DNA of 64,000 nt from a virus: positions 6,160-70,159 of IMG/VR virus record IMGVR_UViG_3300027743_000027. One strand, 5' to 3'. Position numbers and translations under genes: made by a program. This document shows positions 48,326 through 57,205 of this stretch, piece after piece. The notes beneath the pieces were generated by a model. It searched no databases and was not told the DNA's origin. It worked only from the letters and a program-made list of their open reading frames with translations. How positions within the stretch are numbered: the first letter of the stretch is position 1; each line of letters starts with the position of its first letter.

Positions 48326-48442
48326 GTGGGCAGCTTCACCTCGTTTCTGATCCTGCTGCTGGTGCTGACGCTGATCGGCTATACGGTCTACATCGTGTGG
48401 CTGGTCGCGGGTGGCGGCATGGCCTGGCGACTCGCCCCGTAG
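48326..48442 (+). CDS. 38-aa single-TM peptide
   Basis: MGSFTSFLILLLVLTLIGYTVYIVWLVAGGGMAWRLAP fills the gap before the promoter. Confidence 0.45.
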   Translation: MGSFTSFLILLLVLTLIGYTVYIVWLVAGGGMAWRLAP

Positions 48443-48443
48443 A

Positions 48444-48485
48444 GTCACCGTCATTGTTGACAAGCGCAGCCTTGGCGCGTATATT
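48444..48485 (+). promoter_or_regulatory. Promoter P4 with operator-like element
   Basis: GTCACCGTCATTG-TTGACA-17-TATATT; CCTTGGCGCG before the -10. Confidence 0.8.
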
Positions 48486-48515
48486 CCTCGTGTCGGCCGA
48501 TGGAGGGCCGCAATC

Positions 48516-49175
48516 ATGATCAACCCCACCGTTCGCGCACTGGTTCCGACCTACTTCTACCTGTCCGTCCGCTACATGGATGGCCTCAAGGACCAGGCCG
48601 CCCGCGACAGCTACACGGGCGTCGCGCTCAGCATTGAGTACAACGACGGCGTCTACGCGGCGCCTAGCGCGAAGCCCGAGCAGAAGATGGTCTTCTTCAG
48701 CGGCGACTTCGGCCAGGACTACAACGACGTGGTCGACTTCGTTCAGACGATCAACGTCAACGAGGCGCCCTTCATGTGCTCGAGCAGCTTCGACGACTAC
48801 CTGTTCGACGCGGGCTACGACGCCGTCGAGCCCGTGGCCGACGAGATCCCCGTCGCGACCGAGGCCGACCTCGAGGCCGACCAGGCCGCGAGCCAGGCCG
48901 AATGGCTCGCCTACTCGACGCCCAGCGCGGCGAGCGTGGCGCGCTTCACCGCCGTCACCGACCGCGCCCTCGAGATCGACCGCAAGCTCGAGGCCGCGTG
49001 GGCCAAGGTGCCCGCCGCCAAGCTGCGTTGGGCGCTGGCCAACGTGATCGCGTCGAGCGACTACAACACCAGCTACCCGGGCGCGCCGCTGGGCCGCGCC
49101 GAGGCGATGGACGCCATCACGGTGCTCAACGCGCTGCTGGCCGACCAGGCCGAGGCCGAGGCGCTGCGGCCGTGA
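48516..49175 (+). CDS. Acidic hypothetical protein
   Basis: RBS GGAGGG; typical codon usage. Confidence 0.65.
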   Translation: MINPTVRALVPTYFYLSVRYMDGLKDQAARDSYTGVALSIEYNDGVYAAPSAKPEQKMVFFSGDFGQDYNDVVDFVQTINVNEAPFMCSSSFDDYLFDAGYDAVEPVADEIPVATEADLEADQAASQAEWLAYSTPSAASVARFTAVTDRALEIDRKLEAAWAKVPAAKLRWALANVIASSDYNTSYPGAPLGRAEAMDAITVLNALLADQAEAEALRP

Positions 49176-49696
49176 GCAAGCGCAAGCCGAACCAGCAGGC
49201 CGGGGTGACCCGGCCTGTTCCATCTCTGGCGCCGTGGACGCCGTTTCTGCCCGCGACGCCCGTGCACCCGACGCCTGAGAAGGTGGCCGAGCTAGCGCAG
49301 ATCACGGGCTCGTCGCCCGACGAGGTGTGGGCCTCGATGGTCCACGACATGGTCAACGGCGAGTGGTGGATTAACAGCCGCTATCTGGTGATCAAGCCTC
49401 GCGAGCCGCGCCACGATGGGCTGGGCTACGTGTGGCACCTGAGCTTCCGCCGCCTGGACCGCCAGCCCGTGGGCCGCGAGCACTTCCGCGACTTCCAGCG
49501 CATCAAGAACGAATTGCTCGGGCCCGAGGCCTGCGCCTTCGAGATCTACCCTGCCGAAAGTCGCCTGGCCGACACGTCAAATCAATTCCATCTTTTTGCC
49601 TACGACGATCTCCGCAGTTTCCCTTTCGGGTTCATCAATCGCGGTGTCCTTGACGACGACTCGGGCATGGTGCAACGCCCGCTCAACGAGGACTAG
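49172..49696 (+). CDS. Conserved phage hypothetical protein
   Basis: HLSFRRLDR...DFQRIKNELLGPE..AFEIYPAESRL.D..N..HL motif, recognised from phage proteins. Confidence 0.7.
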   Translation: MSKRKPNQQAGVTRPVPSLAPWTPFLPATPVHPTPEKVAELAQITGSSPDEVWASMVHDMVNGEWWINSRYLVIKPREPRHDGLGYVWHLSFRRLDRQPVGREHFRDFQRIKNELLGPEACAFEIYPAESRLADTSNQFHLFAYDDLRSFPFGFINRGVLDDDSGMVQRPLNED

Positions 49697-50107
49697 ATGG
49701 CCAGGCCAGGGCCCAAGCGCGAGCCGCTCGAGGTGCGCTACTGGCGCCACGTCGAGATCCGAGGCGACCGCGACTGTTGGCCCTGGACAGGCGCTACCAA
49801 CGGTAAGGGCTACGGCGTCGTGGCCCGGGGCGGTGACAGCAATGGCGTCTCACCGCTCTACGCCCACCGCGTCGCCTACGCACTGGAGCGCGGCATAGAC
49901 CCGCGCTCGCCGCTGATGCCGCCAGTGGTGCGCCACTTCAAGTGCAACAACCCGGCATGCCAGAACCCGACGCATCTGCGCGGCGGGTCACATTGGGACA
50001 ACCACCACGACATGATCAGCCAGGGCCGTGGCTGGTGGCAGAACCCCGCCACTGTGGCGCGGTCGATGGCCACTCGAGCCGCCCGGCGAGCCAAGGAGAA
50101 CGCGTGA
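49697..50107 (+). CDS. HNH endonuclease
   Basis: CWPWTGA..KGYG...AHRVAY...VRH.KCNNPACQNPTHL..G...DN..D. Confidence 0.9.
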   Translation: MARPGPKREPLEVRYWRHVEIRGDRDCWPWTGATNGKGYGVVARGGDSNGVSPLYAHRVAYALERGIDPRSPLMPPVVRHFKCNNPACQNPTHLRGGSHWDNHHDMISQGRGWWQNPATVARSMATRAARRAKENA

Positions 50108-50715
50108 CCTACTACCACATGACCAGCATCTACCACCTGCCCGTGATCCTCGAGAGCCGCTACCTGAAGGTGGTCGAGTCGAACGTCGATCTCAACCCGG
50201 CCAATGAGCACGCCGGGCCCGACGTGGTCTGGGTGACCACGAGCCCGCGGCCGCACCAGGGCTGGGCCGAGATGCTGCGGCCCGAGCACGACCACATCGA
50301 CAAGTGCCGCATCATCATCGAGGTCGATCCGCCCGCGGCCGACGTCCACGCCTGGTGGGACTGGTCGACCGCGCACGGCGCCACCGACCACCACAAGTGG
50401 GCGCTAGCGGTGTCCGGGACGGTCACCATCCGAGGTGGGCGCAAGCGCGAGCCCGAACTCGAGCAGCGCCTCCTGGCAGCGGCGCGGGCCGAGTGGCACG
50501 TCATCGAGCGCCGCGTGCCGTGGCAGGAGTGGGTGCGCATCACCGACCAGCTTTCGGGGCAGATCATCTGGCAGCGCGACGAGGCGCAACTCGCGGGCGG
50601 CTTCCGCATGCCACGCCTGTTCCAGCCGCGCCTGGTCAGCAAGGCGGAAGAGCGCGCCTACTTCGACCGCGTCGCGCCGTCGGTCAATATCGCTCGCGAC
50701 CTGGGCCTGCTCTGA
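50104..50715 (+). CDS. Putative ADP-ribosyltransferase-fold protein
   Basis: YYHMTS..HL..IL.S.YL...VVWVTT.P...W.V. Confidence 0.5.
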   Translation: MTYYHMTSIYHLPVILESRYLKVVESNVDLNPANEHAGPDVVWVTTSPRPHQGWAEMLRPEHDHIDKCRIIIEVDPPAADVHAWWDWSTAHGATDHHKWALAVSGTVTIRGGRKREPELEQRLLAAARAEWHVIERRVPWQEWVRITDQLSGQIIWQRDEAQLAGGFRMPRLFQPRLVSKAEERAYFDRVAPSVNIARDLGLL

Positions 50716-50726
50716 CGCCCCGCCAT

Positions 50727-50769
50727 GTCACCCGAATTGTTGTCAGGCAGGGGTGATGCGACGTATATT
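50727..50769 (+). promoter_or_regulatory. Promoter P5 with operator-like element
   Basis: GTCACCCGAATTG-TTGTCA-18-TATATT. Confidence 0.75.
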
Positions 50770-50801
50770 GTCGGCACATCAGCCGATGGAGGGCTGGACC
50801 G

Positions 50802-50924
50802 ATGACCAAGACTCGCTGCACCTGCGGCCACACTCGCAACGCACACTCGCGCTTCGGCCTTGGCAAGCTGTGGTGCTTCATTCTCGGCTGCCCGTGCGTG
50901 AGCATGGAGGAGGCACAATCGTGA
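50802..50924 (+). CDS. 40-aa Cys/His-rich microprotein
   Basis: RBS GGAGGG; MTKTRCTCGHTRNAH...C....CPC. Confidence 0.55.
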   Translation: MTKTRCTCGHTRNAHSRFGLGKLWCFILGCPCVSMEEAQS

Positions 50925-51679
50925 CGGAGGAAGTGACGTTGACAACCGTGGGCCCGACCAGCGTGGTCGCGATGGCCCAGGCGCTCGAGCAGGGCGTGCC
51001 GCTGTCGACCGAGGCGGTCCAGGCGGTCTCGCTCGAGCCACACACGTGGACGCCTGACGCGGCGTGCCCGATGCGGTCGCACAACCGCAAGGTCGGCAGC
51101 CTGGTCAGTCTGTACGACCTGGCGCACCCGCAGAGCACCATCGTAGTCCCGCCGGGCGTGAGCAACGTCGCCTGGCTGGCCCGGTGCGAGACGCACGCCG
51201 CCGACTTCTACAGCCGCACCATCAGCCCGGCCTGGAAGGCGCGCAACCGCCCGTGGGAGTTCTGCCCCGAGTGCGCCGCCGTGTTCGCCTCGCGCTTCGG
51301 CGGCGGGCTCAGCAAGCCACGCCGCACGGGCCGCAAGACCAAGACCATCGCGGTCGCGCCTGCCGCACCCACGGCCAAGCCCAAGCAGTCGAGCGCGGCG
51401 CCCGCGCTCATCGAGGCCGTGCCACCCATGCCCGAGGATGCCATCGACCCGGTCGAGGAAGCCGTCTGGAACGCGTGGTCGAGCAAGCTAGTGACGCTGG
51501 CGCCCGCGGGCTCGAGCATCGAGTGGGTCGAGAACTACCACTACGAGATCGTCCTGCCCGACAAGCGGACCATCGAGCTACGCGTGCACAACGGCGACGG
51601 CATCTACCGCCACCGCGACGCCGCAGGCAAGAGCCACTACCACGACGACCTCACCGCGCTGCTGGCCGAGATCGGCTGA
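50921..51679 (+). CDS. Hypothetical protein
   Basis: RBS GGAGGAGG; C..H...CPEC. Confidence 0.6.
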   Translation: MTEEVTLTTVGPTSVVAMAQALEQGVPLSTEAVQAVSLEPHTWTPDAACPMRSHNRKVGSLVSLYDLAHPQSTIVVPPGVSNVAWLARCETHAADFYSRTISPAWKARNRPWEFCPECAAVFASRFGGGLSKPRRTGRKTKTIAVAPAAPTAKPKQSSAAPALIEAVPPMPEDAIDPVEEAVWNAWSSKLVTLAPAGSSIEWVENYHYEIVLPDKRTIELRVHNGDGIYRHRDAAGKSHYHDDLTALLAEIG

Positions 51680-51792
51680 CCGACCTATAGTTGGCCGTGG
51701 GCCTCCATCGCCCACTCGCGAAGCGCCTGGCTGCCCTTTCGGCCGGGCGTTTCGTTTGGCCCATTCCGACACCGAACTGGATGACAAGAACC

Positions 51793-52581
51793 ATGACCTA
51801 TGAACCTGATGTGACCTGGCTGGCGACGTCCACGCCGTGGACCGCCGACGAGTGGTTGAGCGACCGTGAGCCCGCGCCGATGTGGCTGTCCAAAAAGGCG
51901 CGCAAGAAGGCCCGCAAGCGCGCCAAGCGCCTCGAGCGCCTGCGCGCCTGGCAACAGCCGTTGTGGTCGCTGCCGCCGCTCCCAGCGCGGCCCAGGCGCA
52001 CCGTGGACCGCACGGTCAGCCTCGAGCCGACCGAGGGCAAGCTGCGCCTGATCTTCACCGACTTCGACGGCGTCCTGAACCAGCACGCCAGCGGCGCCTA
52101 CGAACTGGCGCCCGCGCAGGTCTCCCGCCTGGATCGCCTGGCGGCCGAGACCGACGCGGTGGTCGTGGTCTCAAGCTGGTGGCGCTGGATCGGCGTGGCC
52201 GCGCTGCGCCGCGACCTGGCGGCGGCGGGCTTCACCGGGCGACTTATCGGCCGCACGCCCTGGCTGGGCGAGACCGAGGCCTGGGATGCCCGCGAGCGCG
52301 GCACCGAGATCGACGCCGTGCTGGCCTACCTGGGCGACCGCGTCGAGAGCTTCGTCATCCTCGACGACCACGACCGCATGGGCGTCCTGCTGCCGAGCCT
52401 GGTGCAGACGCTGGCGACTGACGGGCTGACCGACGACGACGTCGAACGGGCGCGAGCGATGCTGCTCTCGCCCCGAACCTCGCGCCTCGAATGCGTCACC
52501 GAATCGGTTGACGCGGAAGGACGCGCCAAGCTACACTCTCTGCAGCCGCTCGTTGGGGCGGCGGAAGGAAAGGACTACTGA
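51793..52581 (+). CDS. HAD-superfamily phosphatase (Swiss-army-knife RNA-repair type)
   Basis: IFTDFDGVLN, VVSSWWR, RG.EI, FVILDD, GLT. Confidence 0.8.
   Translation: MTYEPDVTWLATSTPWTADEWLSDREPAPMWLSKKARKKARKRAKRLERLRAWQQPLWSLPPLPARPRRTVDRTVSLEPTEGKLRLIFTDFDGVLNQHASGAYELAPAQVSRLDRLAAETDAVVVVSSWWRWIGVAALRRDLAAAGFTGRLIGRTPWLGETEAWDARERGTEIDAVLAYLGDRVESFVILDDHDRMGVLLPSLVQTLATDGLTDDDVERARAMLLSPRTSRLECVTESVDAEGRAKLHSLQPLVGAAEGKDY
52495..52537 (+). promoter_or_regulatory. Promoter P6 with operator-like element
   Basis: GTCACCGAATCGG-TTGACG-18-TACACT; spacer carries CGCGCCAAGC, the reverse complement of the GCTTGGCGCG element. Confidence 0.7.
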
Positions 52582-53714
52582 TGAAACAGGGTCTCTCGCT
52601 CACCGAATTCGCGACCGAGGTCGAGCAGCGCGACGCGGCCAAGGTCGACTACCTGACGCCTGTGCGTCTGCTCGACGTCCGCACCAACGATCACGGCACG
52701 CGGCTGGCGCTGCGCGACATCGAGAGCGCCGACGGCAACGAACTCGAGCCGATGAACATGCTGCCGACCGCGCACAACCAGCTAGCGCAGTACCTGGGCG
52801 TGCCCAAGGCCTTCTACGACGGCCTGCAGACGACGCCCGACATCCTCGATCCGAACGATCCGACGCAGCCGCTGTACGACACGCTGATCAACGGCCTGCT
52901 GCGCTCGCGGCGCGAGGACACGCGCCTGGTGCGCACCCTCTACGGCGAGGCCCGCGGCTTCCTGTCCGACCGCTACCGCCAGATGGACAACCTCGAGATC
53001 CTGATGCGCCTGCTGCCCGTGATCCAGAAGCTGCCCGCGGTCGACTGGACCGCCTCGAGCCTGCAGGTCACCGACCAGAAGATGTACCTGCAACTGGTCG
53101 ACACCTCGAAGCCCGTGGTCATCCAGAGCGGCACGCACAACCGCATGAGCGATGTGCTGCAGCGCGGCGTCATCATCAGCAACAGCGAGGTCGGCCTGGG
53201 CTCCTTCAGCGTCCAGCCGCTGGTCTTCCGCCAGGTGTGCAGCAACGGCCTGGTCATCACCGAGTACGCCCAGCGCAAGTTCCACGTGGGCGGCAAGAAC
53301 AACAGCGACGCGGGCGTCGTGTGGCAGAGCGATACGCAGCGGGCGCGCAACGAGACGACGATCCTCGAGATGCGCGACCTGATGATCACCGCGATGTCCG
53401 ACGACTTCCTCGACAAGATCGCCGCTCGAGCGCAGGGCGCGGCCGACCTGCAGATCAAGGGCAATCAGGTGGTCAACGCGATCACCAACGTCACCGAGCG
53501 CTTTCGCCTGACGCAGGACGAGCGCTCGAACGTCGAGAGCACCTTCTTCGAAGGCGGCGACCTGAGCCTGTGGGGCCTGGTGAACGCCATCACCCGCACC
53601 GCGCAGGACGTGCCCAGCTACGACCGCAGCGTCGAGCTACAGGGCATCGGCGGCAACCTCCTGGCGCTGCCCAAGCACGAGGTTGGCGCGCTCCTGGCAG
53701 CGGCCAGCAACTGA
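52581..53714 (+). CDS. DUF932-like protein
   Basis: RGFLSDRY..MDN; G..ISNSEVG.GS..V.PLVFR.VCSNG; WGLVNAIT..A. Confidence 0.8.
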   Translation: MKQGLSLTEFATEVEQRDAAKVDYLTPVRLLDVRTNDHGTRLALRDIESADGNELEPMNMLPTAHNQLAQYLGVPKAFYDGLQTTPDILDPNDPTQPLYDTLINGLLRSRREDTRLVRTLYGEARGFLSDRYRQMDNLEILMRLLPVIQKLPAVDWTASSLQVTDQKMYLQLVDTSKPVVIQSGTHNRMSDVLQRGVIISNSEVGLGSFSVQPLVFRQVCSNGLVITEYAQRKFHVGGKNNSDAGVVWQSDTQRARNETTILEMRDLMITAMSDDFLDKIAARAQGAADLQIKGNQVVNAITNVTERFRLTQDERSNVESTFFEGGDLSLWGLVNAITRTAQDVPSYDRSVELQGIGGNLLALPKHEVGALLAAASN

Positions 53715-53724
53715 TCACCGACCT

Positions 53725-53750
53725 GGCCCGGGCGAACCGCCCGGGCCGTT
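53725..53750 (+). terminator. GC-rich hairpin after the DUF932-like gene
   Basis: GGCCCGGGCG-AAC-CGCCCGGGCC then GTT (weak U-tail). Confidence 0.5.
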
Positions 53751-53773
53751 CCGCGTCTTGATGGAGACCCGAC

Positions 53774-54073
53774 ATGCATGAGCCACATCCGTTCGAGCCG
53801 AACTGGCGGACGTTGAAAGTCACCGCGCTGCGCCAGTGGGCGCGCACCAACGGCGGCGGCCCACCGCACTTCAATGAGTTCACCAAGGCCGAGGTCGTCG
53901 CCTGGATTGAGAAGCACCACCCGGAGACGGCGGTGGGCCAGCCGAGGCGGCTCTACTGCGACTCGTGCTACCGCGAGCAGCCTGTCGAGGTGGGCGGCGA
54001 TGGATCGGTCGTCGAGTGCGCCGTGTGCGGCTACCGCATCGCGCCAGCGCGCCTGCTGCGAGCCAACCGATGA
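53774..54073 (+). CDS. Hypothetical protein with a Zn ribbon
   Basis: RBS GGAG; CDSC...CAVC. Confidence 0.6.
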   Translation: MHEPHPFEPNWRTLKVTALRQWARTNGGGPPHFNEFTKAEVVAWIEKHHPETAVGQPRRLYCDSCYREQPVEVGGDGSVVECAVCGYRIAPARLLRANR

Positions 54074-54098
54074 GCCGCGGGGCGTATAGTGCGGCCAC

Positions 54099-54245
54099 GT
54101 GGCCCCGTCGCGTGGTCAGAGCACGGTCGAGTACGCGCTGCTCCTGGCGACCATCACCATCTCGATCCTGCTGGGTGGCGCGGCCTTCGGGCCCGCCGTC
54201 GCGGCCTGGCTGCACGCATTGGTCGCCTACATCGTCGCCACCTGA
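54099..54245 (+). CDS. flp: Flp/Fap-type (Tad, type IVc) prepilin, 48 aa
   Basis: MAPSRG|QSTVEYALLLATITISILLGGAAFGPAVAAWLHALVAYIVAT: Gly-1, Glu+5, Tyr+6, hydrophobic then amphipathic helix; GCGTATAGT -10 box 8 nt upstream; absent from the ORF track. Confidence 0.75.
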   Translation: MAPSRGQSTVEYALLLATITISILLGGAAFGPAVAAWLHALVAYIVAT

Positions 54246-54254
54246 GCGCCGGGC

Positions 54255-54500
54255 GTGATCGCCGTGGCGGAACGGATGGATGCCCGCCAGCAGTGGCTGG
54301 CCTGCAGCCGCAAGCAGCGCTACGGCTCCGAGGAGTCGGCGCGCACCGCGATGATCAGGCTCTGGCTCGATGGGCGCGGCGATGGGTTGAAGGTCTACCG
54401 CTGCCGCGTGCCCGAGCAGACCGCGCACTGGCACATCGGCCACGTCCAGACCTACTGGATGCGGCGCGCTGGGCGGCTCGAGGAGGACGCTGACAGTTAG
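54255..54500 (+). CDS. Hypothetical protein
   Basis: C..K.RY.....A......VYRC.....HWHIGH phage motif. Confidence 0.6.
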   Translation: MIAVAERMDARQQWLACSRKQRYGSEESARTAMIRLWLDGRGDGLKVYRCRVPEQTAHWHIGHVQTYWMRRAGRLEEDADS

Positions 54501-54551
54501 CGCACAACAACGCACAACACTTGACAGTCATCCGCAGCGGCATGCTAGAGT
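54501..54551 (+). promoter_or_regulatory. Promoter P7 with a tandem direct repeat
   Basis: CGCACAACA x2 (10-bp period) abutting TTGACA-19-(TGc)TAGAGT. Confidence 0.65.
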
Positions 54552-54560
54552 CCACCTCGC

Positions 54561-55532
54561 ATGCCGCTGTTGGCATGTGGAAGGAAGGAACTGGAACTGG
54601 TGCACGACAAGCGCGCACAACTGATCGCGGAAGGGCGGCAGGTGGTCAAGGAGGTCTTGAACCGCCAGTGGAAGCTGGGCGACCTGGGCATCGCCTACGC
54701 CTACGCCGACCCGGCCGCGCACGGCGACGCTCGAGCCAAGATCCTCGAGTACGCCGAGGCCATCGAGATGGAGAACCCGAGCAACATGCTCACCTACGTC
54801 CGCGTGTGCCAGGCCTGGGGCCTGACGCGGACGGCCGAGATCCCGTGGACGTGCTACCGCGACCTGGCCAATCGCCCGGATCGGTTCGGCGTCATGGCGG
54901 CGTTCCAGGCGCACTGCGAGCAGCAGGGCATCACGACGAACCACTACCGCGCCCTGCAGGCGTTCGACGGCCGCAAGCCCACCTCCGAATTCTCGGCGGG
55001 CCGGGCCGTCGAGCAGGGCGCGCTGGCGCTCGAGGCGATGCCGACCGCCGATGCGGTCCGCCTGGCGCAGAGCGTCCTCACCCGGGCTGACGTCCAGGCC
55101 GTCCTGCCGTCGGTCCTGGGCGAGGTGGCGCTGGCCCAGCCGCAGGCCTTCCGCGAGGCCGTCAGGCGCGATCCGAACGTCCGCCGCGAGGTGGCGAGCG
55201 CGCAGATCGAGGACTGGCGGGCCCGCAACGACGGCATCCAGCGCATCACCGCGGGCAATCCGACGCTGCGCCACCTGGCCGAGGGCGACGCGCTGCTCGA
55301 CCTGACCGAGGCCGTCAACGACTTCACCATGCGCGTCGAGGCGATCTGGCCGCGCCTGGGCCAGGTGCCCGCGGAGGCCGCGGGTGGGCTCGACACGGGC
55401 GCCACGCGCCTGCTGCGCGAGACGCTCGAGCGCGGCGAGGAGACGCTCGCCAAGGTCCGCAACATGCTCACGCACGGCAAGTCCGATCTCGAATCGTTCC
55501 TGGGCGACGTCCTGGGCAAGGGAGTCCGCTAA
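54561..55532 (+). CDS. Helical hypothetical protein (DUF6192-like; start may be GTG 54600)
   Basis: LIAEGR.VV.....QWKLGD N-terminus; paired with the downstream gene. Confidence 0.55.
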   Translation: MPLLACGRKELELVHDKRAQLIAEGRQVVKEVLNRQWKLGDLGIAYAYADPAAHGDARAKILEYAEAIEMENPSNMLTYVRVCQAWGLTRTAEIPWTCYRDLANRPDRFGVMAAFQAHCEQQGITTNHYRALQAFDGRKPTSEFSAGRAVEQGALALEAMPTADAVRLAQSVLTRADVQAVLPSVLGEVALAQPQAFREAVRRDPNVRREVASAQIEDWRARNDGIQRITAGNPTLRHLAEGDALLDLTEAVNDFTMRVEAIWPRLGQVPAEAAGGLDTGATRLLRETLERGEETLAKVRNMLTHGKSDLESFLGDVLGKGVR

Positions 55533-55942
55533 TGGCGTTCCAGCGACTGGCCTGGGTCCAGGCCCTCGAGCCCGCGATCCCGCACGACGGCGAAGACCCG
55601 AAGTCGTTCGCCACACTCAGCCACGAGACGGGTCTGACACACGGCCAGGTGGGCGAGGCCATCGCGGACATCCGCGACGCCAGCCCGGCGGTGCCGCTGG
55701 TCACCAGCAACCAGGGCGCCCTCTTCACGCAGGTCGACTGGCGCGTGACCAAGTTCGCGCTGTGGCGGATGCGGACGTGCCGCACGGTCATCCGCCGCCT
55801 GCTGACGGGCGTGCTGATGCCCTACTGGCACATGCAGGGCCTGAGCGAGGCGCAGATGCGCCAGCGGTCGCGGGCCCTGGTCAACGCCATCGAGGCGATG
55901 GATGACGAGATCGCGGTGGCGCGAGAGGCGCTGACCGCGTGA
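55532..55942 (+). CDS. wHTH-like protein (RacP-like)
   Basis: L..ETGLT..QV..AIA.IRD....PL....G..F...RRLLTGV. Confidence 0.5.
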   Translation: MAFQRLAWVQALEPAIPHDGEDPKSFATLSHETGLTHGQVGEAIADIRDASPAVPLVTSNQGALFTQVDWRVTKFALWRMRTCRTVIRRLLTGVLMPYWHMQGLSEAQMRQRSRALVNAIEAMDDEIAVAREALTA

Positions 55943-56160
55943 CCAGTGCGGCAATGGACGAGCACCTGTGGACCGTCGCGGAGGTCTCCAGCAAGCTACG
56001 CGTGACACCCCAGACGGTGCAGCGCTGGCTGCTGAGCGGCCGCGTGGCGGGCTACAAGCTCGCCCATGGCCGCGTCGGCTGGCGTATCCCGCAGAGCGAG
56101 GTCGAGCGGCTGCTGACCGAGTCCTACAGCCCGCCGACCACCGACCAACCCGACGCGTAG
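55939..56160 (+). CDS. Excisionase-like HTH DNA-binding protein
   Basis: LWTVAEVS.KLRV..QTV.RW..SG.V.GYKL....WRIP.SEVERLL. Confidence 0.85.
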   Translation: MTSAAMDEHLWTVAEVSSKLRVTPQTVQRWLLSGRVAGYKLAHGRVGWRIPQSEVERLLTESYSPPTTDQPDA

Positions 56161-56178
56161 TTCCGAGCGCCGTGCCGC

Positions 56179-56204
56179 AGGGCGACCACCCCGGTCGCCC
56201 TTTT
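56179..56204 (+). terminator. Rho-independent terminator
   Basis: AGGGCGACC-ACCCC-GGTCGCCCT-TTT. Confidence 0.75.
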
Positions 56205-56258
56205 CCCATGCCCGATGCAGTCACCGAATTGGGCTACAGTTCCGAGGAGGGACAATCC

Positions 56259-56483
56259 ATGACTCAGGTTCTGCCGAACGGCGTGGTCCCCAAGCGCTCG
56301 CGCCACCAGGCGCATCTGCCCGCGGTCATCGAGGCCGCCTACCAGGCCAGCGAGACGCGCCGCCAGGGCACCAAGACCAGCCGCCTGGACTACGCCGCAG
56401 GCTATGAGGACGGCTACCGCGACGCCATCGAGGCGCTGCAGAGCGAAGCGCGGCGGCTGCAGCGCGGGCTGATGAAGCCATGA
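56259..56483 (+). CDS. Hypothetical protein
   Basis: RBS GAGGAGG; Y..GY.DGY motif. Confidence 0.6.
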   Translation: MTQVLPNGVVPKRSRHQAHLPAVIEAAYQASETRRQGTKTSRLDYAAGYEDGYRDAIEALQSEARRLQRGLMKP

Positions 56484-56713
56484 CCATGATCGACCGCCTC
56501 GAGCGCGTGTGGGTCGGCGCGGCGGCGATCACCATCACCGTCCTGGGCGTGACCGCCGACCTGCTGGCGCCGTTTGTCATCGGCTGGCTGGTGGCCGACG
56601 TCTCGGGCGCCACCGCAGGCCTGCTGGTGGGCGTGCCGCTGGCGCTGCTGATGTGGCCCGGCGCCTACTTCCTCGTGCGCAGCGTCCGCCGCATGTGGCC
56701 GCCGACGGCCTGA
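56480..56713 (+). CDS. Small membrane protein (2 TM)
   Basis: Hydrophobic; ATGA overlap. Confidence 0.6.
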   Translation: MTMIDRLERVWVGAAAITITVLGVTADLLAPFVIGWLVADVSGATAGLLVGVPLALLMWPGAYFLVRSVRRMWPPTA

Positions 56714-56724
56714 CCATCCGACCA

Positions 56725-56886
56725 GTGCCGCGCCCGCGCCAGCATCCCTTCACGCCCTATGCCAGCGAGTACTGCCGTAAGTCGATGCATTGGGCTTGCC
56801 ACGGGTGGTTCGGTGCGCCCGGCAAAGACCACAAGCGGCGCAAGCCGTGCGAGTGCCGCTGCCATGCAGGACAGGAGTCCCGATGA
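56725..56886 (+). CDS. Cys/His-rich microprotein
   Basis: C....H..C...CECRCH. Confidence 0.5.
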   Translation: MPRPRQHPFTPYASEYCRKSMHWACHGWFGAPGKDHKRRKPCECRCHAGQESR

Positions 56887-57155
56887 CCACCACCAACACC
56901 GATCTGCTGCTCACCATCGAGCAGTTCAGTCACCACCTGGGCCGCGCTGGCGCGGCGTGGAACTTCGATCAGTTCTGCCGGGCGCAGGGCTGGACGACCA
57001 CGAGCCTGCACGATGGCGAGTCGATGTACCGCTACGCCGTCGAGAAGTTCCACAAGTTTCAGGACGTGGCCCATTTCCTCAACAACAACGATCCGATCCT
57101 CCTGCAGCGCATCGTGCTCGCGCACCTGGCCGAGCAGGCCCAGGCCCGCCAGTGA
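56883..57155 (+). CDS. Hypothetical protein
   Basis: RBS AGGAG; ATGA overlap. Confidence 0.6.
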   Translation: MTTTNTDLLLTIEQFSHHLGRAGAAWNFDQFCRAQGWTTTSLHDGESMYRYAVEKFHKFQDVAHFLNNNDPILLQRIVLAHLAEQAQARQ

Positions 57156-57205
57156 CGTTTACAAAGCGGCCGATTCGCACATGTACCTCTCGAGGAGAGA
57201 CCACC

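Noticed and set aside
49697-50107. HNH as part of a self-splicing intron or intein
   Set aside because: It is a free-standing ORF abutting intact neighbours, with no interrupted host gene or splice motifs.
55939-56160. Excisionase-like gene as proof of an integration module or att site
   Set aside because: No integrase or att-like duplication was seen in the window, and such HTH proteins are often plain regulators; lifestyle is undetermined.
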